This document shows, piece after piece, positions 9,300 through 18,820 of a stretch of DNA of 64,000 nt. The translations under genes and the position numbers were made by a program. Numbering within the stretch: position 1 is the stretch's first letter; each line of letters opens with the position of its first letter. The stretch is from Acidimicrobiia bacterium (GTDB taxonomy: Bacteria; Acidobacteriota; Vicinamibacteria; Vicinamibacterales; UBA2999), in the NCBI GenBank assembly GCA_016871255.1, contig VFZH01000001.1:8056-72055 (forward strand), read 5' to 3'. Under the pieces are notes generated by a model. That model did not search any database. It saw only the letters and a program-made list of their open reading frames with translations, and was not told where the DNA came from.

Positions 9300-9462
9300 C
9301 AAACCGCAGCGCGTCGATGTCCAGGGCGGCGACGAGCGCCCGGTCCAGCGCCTCCAGGCGTGCGGGGCCCAGGCGGTCCACCCATACTCCTCCAGGACAT
9401 CAGTCGGCGTCTCAACGGACGAGCGCGCCCGCCGGGAGCGGGACACCCGCTAGAATCGGCCG

Positions 9463-9828
9463 ATGGACTCCACCTTCCTCCTCGTCGGCGCCCTCGCGGC
9501 GTTCATCGGCGTCGGCTTCGGCGCCTTCGGCGCCCACGGCCTCGAAGGCCGCCTGTCCCCGGACATGCTGGCCACCTTCGAAGTCGGCGTCCGCTACCAG
9601 ATGTACCACGCGCTCGCCGTCCTCCTCGTGGCGGTCGCAGCGGCGCGGATGAACGGCACGCTCGTTCGCGTGGCCGGCTGGCTCTTCACCACGGGCATCG
9701 TCCTCTTCTCCGGCAGCCTCTACGTGCTCACGCTGTCGGGCATCACCGCACTCGGGACGGTCACGCCGATCGGCGGCGTCGCCTTCCTCGCCGGCTGGGC
9801 CTGCCTCCTGGTGGCGGCCCTCCGCTGA
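9463..9828 (+). CDS. DUF423 (YgdD/TMEM256-like) small membrane protein
   Basis: ORF 9463..9828(+). Four hydrophobic segments and a FGAFGAHGL motif typical of DUF423. Confidence 0.8.
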   Translation: MDSTFLLVGALAAFIGVGFGAFGAHGLEGRLSPDMLATFEVGVRYQMYHALAVLLVAVAAARMNGTLVRVAGWLFTTGIVLFSGSLYVLTLSGITALGTVTPIGGVAFLAGWACLLVAALR

Positions 9829-9949
9829 TCCGGGCACGGCCGGTCCCGAGACGTCCCCTTCACGGATCTGCACGGTTCGGCCGGACGGCCGATCCAAGCG
9901 CAACCACTGGTGCTACGATCCGGATCGCTCGGTTCGAAGGGGGGAACGG

Positions 9950-12028
9950 GTGCGCGCCATCATTCATTCTGCGGCCATCGCGACGCTGGGCGCGCTGGCG
10001 ATCGTCGGCGCGGCCGCCACCGCCGCCGCGCAGTCCATCCAGGGCATCGAAATCAACCAGGCCATCGGCGCCCAGAAGGACGGGAACCTGAAGTTCGTCG
10101 CCGGCAAGGACACGGTCGTCCGCGCCATCATGGACGCGCCGGTCACCGTCGACCCGTCCGCGTCCAGCGCCCGAATCATTCGCAACGGCGAGCCGATCGC
10201 CACGCTCGCGCCGAGGAGCACGGCTGCCGCCGGCTCGATCGTCGACTTTCTCTGCCCGACCCGGAGCGCGTGCGGCAACTGGGCGGCCGGCAGCTACGAG
10301 TTCGACGTCACGGTCAACGGCGCCAACCGCTCGACCGCCGGCACGGCCTACGTCTTCCACGAACGGGGACAGCTGCGCGTCCTCGCCCTGCCGGTCAGGA
10401 CCAACTACGCGGGCACGATCCTCTCGGTCCAGGGCGACGCGTGGAAGTCGCTCTGGGAGTTCACGCGCAACGTCTACCCGATCGCTCCCGACAAGTTCAA
10501 GTGGACGACCCGTCAGGAGCTCGACGCGTCGGCGTTCGACGTCGAGACCGATGAGGGCAAGCGCGGCGTGTGGGAGGCGCTCGCCAACCTGAACCCGCCG
10601 CGGTGCGCCGCCGACAAGACGGAAGAAGGCTGCTTCGACAAGATCATCGGCTTCATCCCGGCGCGGTACGGGACCTACCCGACCGGCACGGGTCAGGGCT
10701 ACACGTTCGGGTCGCCGGCCAACATCGCCGTCGCGAGCGACGAGGACGCCGCGGCCACGGTGGCCCACGAGATCGCGCACAACTTCGGCATCGGCGACGC
10801 CTACAACGGCGGCAGCTTCGCCTGCCGGGCCAACCCCACGCCCGACGCATTCTCCGGCTCGGACTTCGACACGCAGCAGCCGGTGCAGTGCACGGCCGGT
10901 CGCGTCGCGCTCGAAGGCGTCAGCGGCACGCTGGTGCCGGCGACCCACCATCCGTACGAAGTCGGCGGCCGGGGCGCGCTCGGCAACGTCGCCGAATTCA
11001 TGGGGTCTGGCGGGCTCCAGGCACAGTTCTGGGCCTCGCAGGACACGTGGGACTGGATCTTCGATCGTCTGCTGCCTCCGGCAGCTCCCGCCCCGGCGGC
11101 CGCACAGCCGCTGATGACGGGTCCACTGCACCGCACGATCGAGTTCGAAGGCTACATCCGCCGCAACGCCCTCTCGACAGCCGACGTGACGCTGGCGCCG
11201 TGGCAGTCCTTCATGGACGACGACGTCGTGCCGGACACCACGGGGCCGTTCATGGTCGCCGCCGTGAACGGCGCGGGCCAGCGCCTCGCGTCCTCGGCCT
11301 TCACGCCGGTGTTCGACTTCCCCGGCGGCAAGGGCGAGCCGGCGACGCACCTCGACCTCGCGCCGTTCGAGGGCGCCATCCGCTTCCCGGAAGGCACGAC
11401 GGCCTTCCGGATCATCCGGAACGATCAGGTGCTTCGCGAAGCGCAGATCAGCGCGAACGCACCGTCGGTGAGCGGCGTCTCGCTCGGCGTCGGCACGGTC
11501 TTCAACGGCGTCACCTCGATCTCCTGGACGGCGACCGATGCCGACGGCGACGCGCTGTGGTATTCGGTCGAGTACAACCCGGACGTGACGAACCCGGCGT
11601 TCGACTACGAGATCCTGGCGACGGACCTCCGGACGCCGAACCTCGTGGACGACTTCGCCGACATCCCCGGCGGCGCGCGCGCGAAGATCCGCATCGGCGC
11701 CAGCGACGGCTTCAACACGACGTACGCGGAAAGCGCCGAGTTCCAGGTGCCGTTCAAGCCGCCCGTGGTGGCCATCGAGCCGCTCGCGCAGACGACGATT
11801 CCGGCGGGCGAAGAACTGCTGCTCGAGGCGGACGCCTGGGATCTGCAGGACGACCTGCTGCCGGACGCGGCGCTGGTCTGGACCTCGAACGTCTCCGGAG
11901 CGCTCGGCACCGGCGAGGTGCTCGTGGTGTACGACCTGCCGGCCGGCCAGCACGTCATCACGCTCACCGCCACCAACAGCGCCGGGCTGACCGCCTCTTC
12001 CACGGTGACCGTCACCGTCAGCCCCTGA
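9950..12028 (+). CDS. secreted zinc metalloprotease-like protein (HExxHxxGxxD) with C-terminal Ig/PKD-like domains
   Basis: ORF 9950..12028(+). Signal peptide MRAIIHSAAIATLGALAIVGAAATAAAQ. TVAHEIAHNFGIGDAYN carries HExxH plus Gly and Asp. The C-terminus has two beta-rich repeats (ISWTATDADGD..., VITLTATNSAGLTASSTVTVTV). Confidence 0.7.
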   Translation: MRAIIHSAAIATLGALAIVGAAATAAAQSIQGIEINQAIGAQKDGNLKFVAGKDTVVRAIMDAPVTVDPSASSARIIRNGEPIATLAPRSTAAAGSIVDFLCPTRSACGNWAAGSYEFDVTVNGANRSTAGTAYVFHERGQLRVLALPVRTNYAGTILSVQGDAWKSLWEFTRNVYPIAPDKFKWTTRQELDASAFDVETDEGKRGVWEALANLNPPRCAADKTEEGCFDKIIGFIPARYGTYPTGTGQGYTFGSPANIAVASDEDAAATVAHEIAHNFGIGDAYNGGSFACRANPTPDAFSGSDFDTQQPVQCTAGRVALEGVSGTLVPATHHPYEVGGRGALGNVAEFMGSGGLQAQFWASQDTWDWIFDRLLPPAAPAPAAAQPLMTGPLHRTIEFEGYIRRNALSTADVTLAPWQSFMDDDVVPDTTGPFMVAAVNGAGQRLASSAFTPVFDFPGGKGEPATHLDLAPFEGAIRFPEGTTAFRIIRNDQVLREAQISANAPSVSGVSLGVGTVFNGVTSISWTATDADGDALWYSVEYNPDVTNPAFDYEILATDLRTPNLVDDFADIPGGARAKIRIGASDGFNTTYAESAEFQVPFKPPVVAIEPLAQTTIPAGEELLLEADAWDLQDDLLPDAALVWTSNVSGALGTGEVLVVYDLPAGQHVITLTATNSAGLTASSTVTVTVSP

Positions 12029-12091
12029 GGGCGTCGACGACAAGGACGGCCCGTTCACGTCCTGCGCGCCGGAACCGCCGGCATCTGCCGC

Positions 12092-12190
12092 ACGGCCGCG
12101 TGGACGAACTTCGCGCGCACGGGCGACCCGAGCGCACCGGATCTCTTCCCGCGCCGGCCGGCGTTCGACACGCGATCCGCGCCGGTGTGC
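12092..12190 (+). pseudogene. relic of the C-terminal end of a type-B carboxylesterase
   Basis: The frame starting at 12092 reads TAAWTNFARTGDPSAPDLFPRRPAFDTRSAPV. This matches the conserved AW.NFA.TG.P....WPAY tail of PnbA-like esterases. An in-frame TGA lies at 12026-12028 just upstream and there is no catalytic domain. Confidence 0.4.
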
Positions 12191-12237
12191 GGAACCCGGG
12201 CGCTCAGTGGTCGCGCAGGGTACTGGGCTCATGACGA

Positions 12238-12477
12238 CCGCCGGCGTTCGGCGGCGACGGTCCCGACCGCATCGACGTCGTGCTGACCGCGCGCGGACTC
12301 GACCCCTTCGCGGCCGAGCACGAGCGGTCAGTCGTGCACCGGGCCGACGGCGTCGAGCTCCGCGTGCTGCCGCCCGACCGGATCATCGCCGCCAGGCGCG
12401 CGACGAACCGGCCCAAGGACCTCGCGCAGTTGCCGGCCCTGGAAGCCGCCCTGCCGGCGAAACGGGAGCGCGGCTGA
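12238..12477 (+). pseudogene. 5'-truncated nucleotidyltransferase-family fragment
   Basis: ORF 12280..12477(+), extendable to 12238. GDGPDRIDVVLTARG...GVELRVLPPDRIIAARRATNRPKDLAQLPALE resembles the C-terminal half of small nucleotidyltransferase-fold proteins. A stop lies immediately upstream and there is no N-terminal GS/DxD motif. Confidence 0.4.
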
Positions 12478-12478
12478 G

Positions 12479-14032
12479 CTACACGGGGTCTGCGGCGCCC
12501 AGGTGGACGCGCCGCTCGACTTCATCGAACCCCCTGGCCGCGCCGGGTTCCGGCCAGGCCAGCGCCGCCACGATCGCGACGAGGAACGCGAGGGGAATCG
12601 ACACGATGCCGGGATTGCGGAGCGGGAACACCGCGGCGGCGTTCCCCAGGATGTCCACCTGGATCGCCGGAGACAGATAGATCAGCAGCAGGCTCGTCCC
12701 GGTGCCGGTCAGCATGCTCAGGTACGCCGCGCGCGTGGTGAACGCGCGCCAGAAGACCGACAGCAGCAGCGCCGGGAAGTTGGCGCTGGCCGCGATCGCG
12801 AACGCCAGGCCCACCATGTAAGCCACGTTCTGGCCCTCGAACAGGATCCCGAGCACGATGGCCAGCACGCCGAGGAGGGCCGAGGAGACCCGCGCGACCT
12901 GCAGCTGTTCCCGCTGAGACACCTCGCCGCTCCGCGCCACGTTCACCCAGAGATCGTGCGAGAGCGTGGCGGCGCCGGCCAGCGTCAGCCCCGCCACGAC
13001 GGCGAGGATGGTGGCGAAGGCCACCGCCGAGATGAAGCCCAGGAACCCGGCGCCACCGGACGCTTCGGCCAGGAGCAGCGCCGCCATGTTGCCGCCGGCG
13101 TCCACGCCGCGGATCGCGTCCTGGCCCACGATCACCATCGCGCCGAAGCCGAGGACGAACGTCAGCAGGTAGAAGATCCCGATGAACGCGGTCGCGTAGG
13201 AGACCGACGACCGGGCGGTGCGGGCGTCGGGCACGGTGTAGAACCGCATGAGGATGTGCGGCAGCCCGGCGGTGCCGAGCATCAGCGCGAGCCCGAGCGA
13301 CACGGCGTCCACGGGATCGGACACCAGCCCGCCCGGCGCCAGGACGCCGCCGCCGTACCGCTCGGCCGCCGCTTCGAACAGCATCAGCGGGTTGAAGTCG
13401 AACGGCACGAGCGCCAGCACCGCGAGCAGGAACGCGCCGAGCAGCAGGAGCACCGCCTTGACGATCTGGACCCACGTGGTCGCGATCATCCCGCCGAACA
13501 GCACGTAGGTCAGCATCACCACGCCGACGACCGCCACGGCGAAGTCGTAGGAAAGCCCGAAGAGGAGCCGGATCAGGTTTCCGGCGCCCACCATCTGCGC
13601 GATCAGGTAGAACGCCACAACGGCCAGCGACCCCATCGCCCCGGCGACGCGCACCGGCTTCTGGCGCAGCCGGAACGCCACGACGTCGGCGAACGTGTAG
13701 CGCCCCAGGTTGCGCAGCGGCTCGGCGATCAGGAACATCACGACGGGCCAGCCGACCAGAAACCCGATCGAGTAGATGAGCCCGTCGAAGCCGGAGAGGG
13801 CCACCAGGCCGGCGATGCCGAGGAAGCTCGCCGCGCTCATGTAGTCGCCGGCCAGCGCCAGGCCGTTCTGGAACCCGGTGACGCTGCGCCCGGCGGCGTA
13901 GAAGTGCTCGGCGTCGCGCGTCCGCCGCGCGGCCAGGTACGTGATGCCGAGCGACAGCGCGATGAAGACGAAGAAGCCGGCGATGGCGATCGGGTTGGGC
14001 TCGCCCAGGCTGCTCGTCACGCCCCCGGTCAC
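12479..14032 (-). CDS. actP: cation/acetate symporter (sodium:solute symporter family)
   Basis: ORF 12479..14110(-). About 13 TM segments with SSF-type sequence ([29 protein letters not shown]). The likely GTG start at 14032 overlaps the DUF485 stop as GTGA. Confidence 0.9.
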   Translation of the reverse strand: MTGGVTSSLGEPNPIAIAGFFVFIALSLGITYLAARRTRDAEHFYAAGRSVTGFQNGLALAGDYMSAASFLGIAGLVALSGFDGLIYSIGFLVGWPVVMFLIAEPLRNLGRYTFADVVAFRLRQKPVRVAGAMGSLAVVAFYLIAQMVGAGNLIRLLFGLSYDFAVAVVGVVMLTYVLFGGMIATTWVQIVKAVLLLLGAFLLAVLALVPFDFNPLMLFEAAAERYGGGVLAPGGLVSDPVDAVSLGLALMLGTAGLPHILMRFYTVPDARTARSSVSYATAFIGIFYLLTFVLGFGAMVIVGQDAIRGVDAGGNMAALLLAEASGGAGFLGFISAVAFATILAVVAGLTLAGAATLSHDLWVNVARSGEVSQREQLQVARVSSALLGVLAIVLGILFEGQNVAYMVGLAFAIAASANFPALLLSVFWRAFTTRAAYLSMLTGTGTSLLLIYLSPAIQVDILGNAAAVFPLRNPGIVSIPLAFLVAIVAALAWPEPGAARGFDEVERRVHLGAADPV

Positions 14033-14304
14033 GACCGCCCCCGGAGGGCGGCGACCGCACGGTCGTAATGCGTGTTGGCCCAGCGAACGTAGATCCAGAT
14101 CAGCACCCACGCAGCCACGATCACCAGCGCGCCGAGCAGCATGCCGAGGCTGAGCCCAGGGCCGAGCAGCGTGCCGAGCAGCGGCTTGCCGAAGGCGACG
14201 AGCAGGATGAAGCCGAAGTACAGCGCCATCATCGTGGCGGTGAGCCCGACGGCCATGCGCCAGCGGGCGGCGTCGAGGTGCTTCAGATCGTCGGAGGCGG
14301 CCAT
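14029..14304 (-). CDS. DUF485 (YjcH-like) small membrane protein, the usual partner of ActP
   Basis: Last 91 codons of ORF 14029..14922(-), starting at ATG 14304: [38 protein letters not shown]... Two TM segments. Confidence 0.85.
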   Translation of the reverse strand: MAASDDLKHLDAARWRMAVGLTATMMALYFGFILLVAFGKPLLGTLLGPGLSLGMLLGALVIVAAWVLIWIYVRWANTHYDRAVAALRGRS

Positions 14305-14349
14305 GACTGCTGGAGTATAGTCCAGCGAGCCCCTCCCGGCCGGCCAGCG

Positions 14350-14868
14350 ATGGATAATCGTCCCGTGAGCGTCGACGCCCACAAGGCGGATGCCCCGGCC
14401 CGGGTCGGCTGCTTCGTCCTGACGATCAGCGACACGCGTACCCAAGCGACCGACACCGCCGGACGCGCCATCCGCGAACTGCTGGGCACCGCCGGGCACG
14501 TGGTCACGGGGCACCGGATCGTGCGCGACGATCCCGCCGCCGTGGCGGGGTGTGTTCGACAGGCGGCGTCGGACCCGGAGGTGCAGATCGTCATCACGAC
14601 CGGCGGCACTGGCATCACCGCGCGCGACGGCACGTACGAGGCGGTCAGCGGGCTGCTCGACAAGCGGCTGGACGGGTTCGGCGAGCTGTTCCGGATGCTG
14701 AGCTACCGCGACATCGGCCCGGCCGCCATGATGAGCCGGGCGGTGGCCGGGACGATCGGCCGCACGGCGGTATTCGCACTGCCAGGGTCCGAGCAGGCGG
14801 TGCGGCTGGCGATGACGGAGCTGATGCTCCCCGAGCTGGGGCACGTGGCGCAGCAACTGGCACGATAG
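14350..14868 (+). CDS. moaB: molybdenum cofactor biosynthesis protein B (MoaB/MogA family)
   Basis: Within ORF 14068..14868(+), ATG at 14350. ...[11 protein letters not shown]...[22 protein letters not shown]...[10 protein letters not shown] are MoaB/MogA hallmarks. Confidence 0.85.
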   Translation: MDNRPVSVDAHKADAPARVGCFVLTISDTRTQATDTAGRAIRELLGTAGHVVTGHRIVRDDPAAVAGCVRQAASDPEVQIVITTGGTGITARDGTYEAVSGLLDKRLDGFGELFRMLSYRDIGPAAMMSRAVAGTIGRTAVFALPGSEQAVRLAMTELMLPELGHVAQQLAR

Positions 14869-14943
14869 AAGGCGCCGGCGGCCCCGGGCCGGCTGGAGCT
14901 GGCCCCTGCGGGGCCTGGACACACTTCAGGCGACGGTTGGTGC

Positions 14944-16152
14944 ATGCGTCCATTCGGCAACGTCATCCCGCTCGACGAGGCTCGGTCGATCATCGCCGCG
15001 CAGATCCGTCCGATCGACCGGCACGAGATCGTCCCCCTCCACGAAGCCACCGGTCGCGTGCTGGCGGGCGACGTCGTCGCCGCCGCAGACGTGCCGCCCT
15101 TCTCCCGGGCGGCGATGGACGGCTACGCCGTTCGCGCCGAGGACACCGCGGGCGCCGCGCGCGACCGCCCGGTGCTGCTGGCCTGCGTGGATCAGGTCTT
15201 CACCGGACAGATGCCGGGCCGCGCGGTCGGTCACGGCGAGTGCGTCGAGATCGCGACCGGTGCGCCGCTGCCGACGGGGGCGGACGCGGTGGTGATGGTG
15301 GAAGACACGTCGCGCGACGGCACGGGACCGGTGCAGGTGTTTGCGGCGGTCCAGCCGGCGCAGCACGTCGGTCGCCAGGGTGCGGACATCGCCGCCAGCC
15401 AGGTCGTGCTGCGCGACGGCACGCACCTCGCGCCCGCCCGGGTCGGGGTGCTCGCTGCCACCGGCGCTGCCGAGGTGCGGGTGTATGTCCGGCCGCGCGT
15501 GGCGATCCTCTCGACCGGCAACGAAGTCGCCAGCCCGGGGGCCCCGCTGGAGCCGGGTCAGATCTACGACGTCAATCGCTTCACGCTGACCGCCATCGCC
15601 TGGACACACGGCGGCAGGCCCGAGCCGCACCACACCGTCGGCGACGACATCGACGCGCTGGCGGAAGCGATCGACGCGTGCCTCGACGCCGACATGCTCG
15701 TGTTTTCGGGCGGCAGCTCGGTGGGTGAACGGGACCTGATGCTGGACGCGCTCGCGCGGCGCGGCCGGGTGCTGTTCCACGGCCTCGCCCTGAAGCCGGG
15801 CAAGCCGACGGCGTTCGGCCTGGTCGGAGGGAAGCCGTTCTTCGGCATGCCCGGCTACCCGACGTCGTGCCTGTCGAACGGCTACATCCTGCTGGCACCG
15901 GCGATCCGTGCGATGGCTCGCCTGCCTCCCCAGCGCGCGGCCACCGTTCGTGCGCCGCTTGGCGCACGCCTCGTTTCCCCGGCGGGACGCCATCAGATCT
16001 ACACGGTGGCGCTCGTGGACGGCGCCGCGATGCCCGCGTTCAAGGCATCGGGCGACATCACGAGCATGTCGCAGGCGGACGGCTACATCGAGATCCCGAT
16101 GGACGTCGAGGTGCTGGACGCAGGGACCGTCGTGGAGGTCACGCTGTTCTGA
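14944..16152 (+). CDS. moeA: molybdopterin molybdotransferase
   Basis: ORF 14944..16152(+). MRPFGNVIPLDEARSII..., FSRAAMDGYAV, GADAVVMVEDT, STGNEV, LKPGKPT and GMPGYPTSC are MoeA motifs. Confidence 0.9.
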   Translation: MRPFGNVIPLDEARSIIAAQIRPIDRHEIVPLHEATGRVLAGDVVAAADVPPFSRAAMDGYAVRAEDTAGAARDRPVLLACVDQVFTGQMPGRAVGHGECVEIATGAPLPTGADAVVMVEDTSRDGTGPVQVFAAVQPAQHVGRQGADIAASQVVLRDGTHLAPARVGVLAATGAAEVRVYVRPRVAILSTGNEVASPGAPLEPGQIYDVNRFTLTAIAWTHGGRPEPHHTVGDDIDALAEAIDACLDADMLVFSGGSSVGERDLMLDALARRGRVLFHGLALKPGKPTAFGLVGGKPFFGMPGYPTSCLSNGYILLAPAIRAMARLPPQRAATVRAPLGARLVSPAGRHQIYTVALVDGAAMPAFKASGDITSMSQADGYIEIPMDVEVLDAGTVVEVTLF

Positions 16153-16194
16153 TCCGCCTTCGCCGCTTCGCGGCTGCGGCGAGACGTCGGGGGG

Positions 16195-17607
16195 GTGGGA
16201 ATGACGCGGGCGGCGCTGGCACTCGGACTCGGTGTCTGGCTGACGGTCGCGGCAACAGCGCGCGCGGCGCTCGAGATCTACTTCATCGACGTCGAGGGCG
16301 GCCAGGCCACGCTCGTCATCACGCCGGCCGGCGAGACGCTCCTGGCCGACGCCGGGTACGGCGGACGCGTCGGCAGCCGCGACGCCGACCGGATCCTGGC
16401 CGCCGCAGCCGCTGCCGGCGTCACGCGGATCGACTACCTCCTCGTCACACACTTCCACCCCGACCACGCGGGTGGTGTGGCCCAGCTCGACGGCCGCATC
16501 CCGATCGACACCTTCATCGACTACGGCACGCCGCTTGGCGAGGACCGGATGGCCATCGGGACGTTCCGGAGCTACGAGCCGGTCCGGCTTCGCGGGCGGC
16601 ACCTTGTGCCCGCGCCCGGAGACCGCCTGCCCCTGGCCGGCGTCGAAGCGCGCGTCGTGAGCAGCGGAGGCGCGGTGCTGACCGAACCGCTCCCGGGCGG
16701 CGGCAACACACCGGCAGGCTGTGATGCCGTCGAAGACACCCCGCCTGACGGCACCGAGAACTACCGCTCGATCGGCGTGATGCTGACCCTGGGATCGTTC
16801 CGTTTCCTGAACCTGGGCGACCTGAGCGGGAACACGCTGGCCAGCCTGGTGTGTCCGTCGAACCTGCTCGGCACGGCTTCCGTGTACCTGATCGCGCACC
16901 ACGGCGACTACGACTCCAACCTGCCCGCGCTGTACGACGCCGTTCGGCCGCGCGTGGCCATCATGAACAACGGCGTCCGGAAGGGTGGAGCACCGGAGGC
17001 GTTCGCGACCGTGCGCCAGTCAGCCGTGGAAGACCTGTGGCAGCTCCACTTCTCTCGCAACGAGGGCGTCGTCAACGCGCCGGACGATTTCATCGCCAAC
17101 GTGGATGACGGCTCGTCCGCGTGGTGGCTGCGGCTGACGGCCCGGGAGGACGGCAGCTTCCGCATCGTCAACAGCCGGACGGGGTTCTCGAGGGACTACG
17201 CCGGAACGGAGCCCGGGCCGGCTGCCTCCGGCTCCGCTCAGGCCGGAAGAGCCGGCCCCACAGGCCGCAGGACCGACCCCCGCCTTCAACAAGGCTACGG
17301 CGAGGGCTTGGCGCCGCCTCTGAGCTGTAGTACGGTGCGCGGCCATGAGCATGATCGCCGCGCTGGCCCTCGCTTTCTTCGGTCTGGCTTCCCCTGCCGC
17401 GGCGCAGCTCGTCGCTGCCAAGGAAGGGCCGGTCGTCTTCGGCCACTACCACCTGCGCGTCACGAGCACCGATGCGCACCAGAAGTTCTGGGGCGGAGCG
17501 CTCGGGGGACGGGCGATGACGCTCGGGCCGTCTCAGGGGATCGCATTCCCCAACGTCTTCGTGCTGCTGCAGCAGGGCCCTCCGGAGCAGAAGACCACCA
17601 CGGTTGA
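16195..17607 (+). CDS. exported MBL-fold metallo-hydrolase (ComEC-C-terminal-like); 3' end uncertain
   Basis: ORF 16195..17607(+). A signal peptide is followed by IYFIDVEGGQATLV and LVTHFHPDHAGG (HxHxDH). The recognisable domain ends near 17200. The last ~90 codons are Arg-rich and overlap the next gene by 263 nt. Confidence 0.65.
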   Translation: MGMTRAALALGLGVWLTVAATARAALEIYFIDVEGGQATLVITPAGETLLADAGYGGRVGSRDADRILAAAAAAGVTRIDYLLVTHFHPDHAGGVAQLDGRIPIDTFIDYGTPLGEDRMAIGTFRSYEPVRLRGRHLVPAPGDRLPLAGVEARVVSSGGAVLTEPLPGGGNTPAGCDAVEDTPPDGTENYRSIGVMLTLGSFRFLNLGDLSGNTLASLVCPSNLLGTASVYLIAHHGDYDSNLPALYDAVRPRVAIMNNGVRKGGAPEAFATVRQSAVEDLWQLHFSRNEGVVNAPDDFIANVDDGSSAWWLRLTAREDGSFRIVNSRTGFSRDYAGTEPGPAASGSAQAGRAGPTGRRTDPRLQQGYGEGLAPPLSCSTVRGHEHDRRAGPRFLRSGFPCRGAARRCQGRAGRLRPLPPARHEHRCAPEVLGRSARGTGDDARAVSGDRIPQRLRAAAAGPSGAEDHHG

Positions 17608-18262
17608 CCACATCGCGTTCCAGGTGTCCGGGCTGCCGGCCATCGTCCAGCGCCTCAGGGCCGGCGGCTATGCACTCACGACACGGGCGGACGTCAACCG
17701 GATGTACCGGGTCGAGGACGACATCGCCGACGTGACGGGAGAACGGATGAGTGTCGCGTTCGTCACCGGTCCGGACGGCGTGAAAGTGGAGCTGATCGAG
17801 CGGCGGAACGCCGCGCGGGAGCCCGTGGCGCCCGCGCACCAGATGGGGCTCGACCACGTGCACTTCACGGCGCAGGACTTCACGGCCATGAAGCAGTGGT
17901 ACATGAATGCGACCGGCGCCACGATCGGCAATCAGACGTATCTGTACAAGAGCCTCGACCTGCCCGGCCTGCCCTCCGTCCTGCAGTTCTCGCGCCTGGA
18001 ACGGGCCGCGTTCGAGCTGACCGGCAGCCCCGGTCCCAACAGCAGTCCGCCGGTCCCCGCCGGGACGCGCGGGAGCGTGGTCGATCACATCGGGTTCGAG
18101 GTGAAGGGGCTCGAGGCATTCTCCAGGGAGATGGAGACGAAGGGCATCACGCTCGACGTGCCGTACCGCCGCGTGCCGGCCGTGGGCATCGGCGTCGCTT
18201 TCGTCAGTGACCCCTGGGGGACGTACATCGAGCTGACCGACGGGCTCGCCGCCCTGCCCTGA
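17345..18262 (+). CDS. exported two-domain VOC (glyoxalase/bleomycin-resistance/dioxygenase) family protein
   Basis: ORF 17345..18262(+). Signal peptide MSMIAALALAFFGLASPAAAQ. Two repeats of the VOC pattern (FGHYHLRV.., VDHIAFQV.., LDHVHFTA.., VDHIGFEV..). Confidence 0.8.
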   Translation: MSMIAALALAFFGLASPAAAQLVAAKEGPVVFGHYHLRVTSTDAHQKFWGGALGGRAMTLGPSQGIAFPNVFVLLQQGPPEQKTTTVDHIAFQVSGLPAIVQRLRAGGYALTTRADVNRMYRVEDDIADVTGERMSVAFVTGPDGVKVELIERRNAAREPVAPAHQMGLDHVHFTAQDFTAMKQWYMNATGATIGNQTYLYKSLDLPGLPSVLQFSRLERAAFELTGSPGPNSSPPVPAGTRGSVVDHIGFEVKGLEAFSREMETKGITLDVPYRRVPAVGIGVAFVSDPWGTYIELTDGLAALP

Positions 18263-18274
18263 CCAGCGTCGTCG

Positions 18275-18784
18275 TCAGCGTCTGCCAATCCGCCGCTGCC
18301 ACTCCGGCTCCAGGACGTCGGCGGTGTGCAGATCGAAGGCGCCGGCCGCCCTGGGGTAGCTCCCGCGGAACTCGGCGTGGCAGCGGTAGCACACGGTGAT
18401 GTCCTTCAGCCGGGTGTAGATCACCAGGTCGATCAGCACGGCCGCGGCCAGCACGCTGTAGGCGATGAGATCCAGGTTGAAGAAGTAGAAGACCCCGCTG
18501 ACCAGTGCCCCTGTCACGACGAACGCGAGGCCCATGCGCGGGTCGAAATCGCGCCGCACGTAGAAGTCTGGCCCGTCGCACACCGGACAGACGTCCACGG
18601 CGGTATCCGCCTGCAGCGCGGCGCTGACCTTCAACGGAATGCCGCGGCCGCACTTGCCACAGCGGATCGCGCCTGGCGCCTCGGCAGATTCGAACGGCAG
18701 CGAGGCGTCGCACTCCGGGCACCGCACGGTGACGCGGACCCCCTCCTTCGACTCGCTCGGGGGACGTTCGATCGGCCGGGACAC
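18275..18784 (-). CDS. zinc-ribbon membrane protein of unknown function
   Basis: ORF 18275..18784(-). Cys pairs CPEC..CGKC and CPVC..CYRC bracket two TM helices. Confidence 0.6.
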   Translation of the reverse strand: MSRPIERPPSESKEGVRVTVRCPECDASLPFESAEAPGAIRCGKCGRGIPLKVSAALQADTAVDVCPVCDGPDFYVRRDFDPRMGLAFVVTGALVSGVFYFFNLDLIAYSVLAAAVLIDLVIYTRLKDITVCYRCHAEFRGSYPRAAGAFDLHTADVLEPEWQRRIGRR

Positions 18785-18820
18785 GATGCCTCTCGCTCGC
18801 TCAGGACACGGTCGCCTGGC

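Noticed and set aside
8522-9462. An integrated prophage or genomic island at tRNA-Arg.
   Set aside because: No integrase, no phage genes and no direct repeat of the tRNA 3' end were found in the window. Only short relics and a palindrome are present, and these are reported separately as low-confidence decay products.
9860-12232. Very long ORFs antisense or out of frame to recognised genes. Examples are 9860-12232(-) at 790 aa, 14926-16902(-), 38381-40438(+), 58850-60511(-), 6575-8593(+) and 12503-14068(+).
   Set aside because: Their translations are Arg/Gly/Pro/Ala-rich low-complexity sequence with no motifs. Each lies opposite or out of frame to a gene with strong family signatures. Such stop-free alternative frames are expected in ~70% GC DNA.
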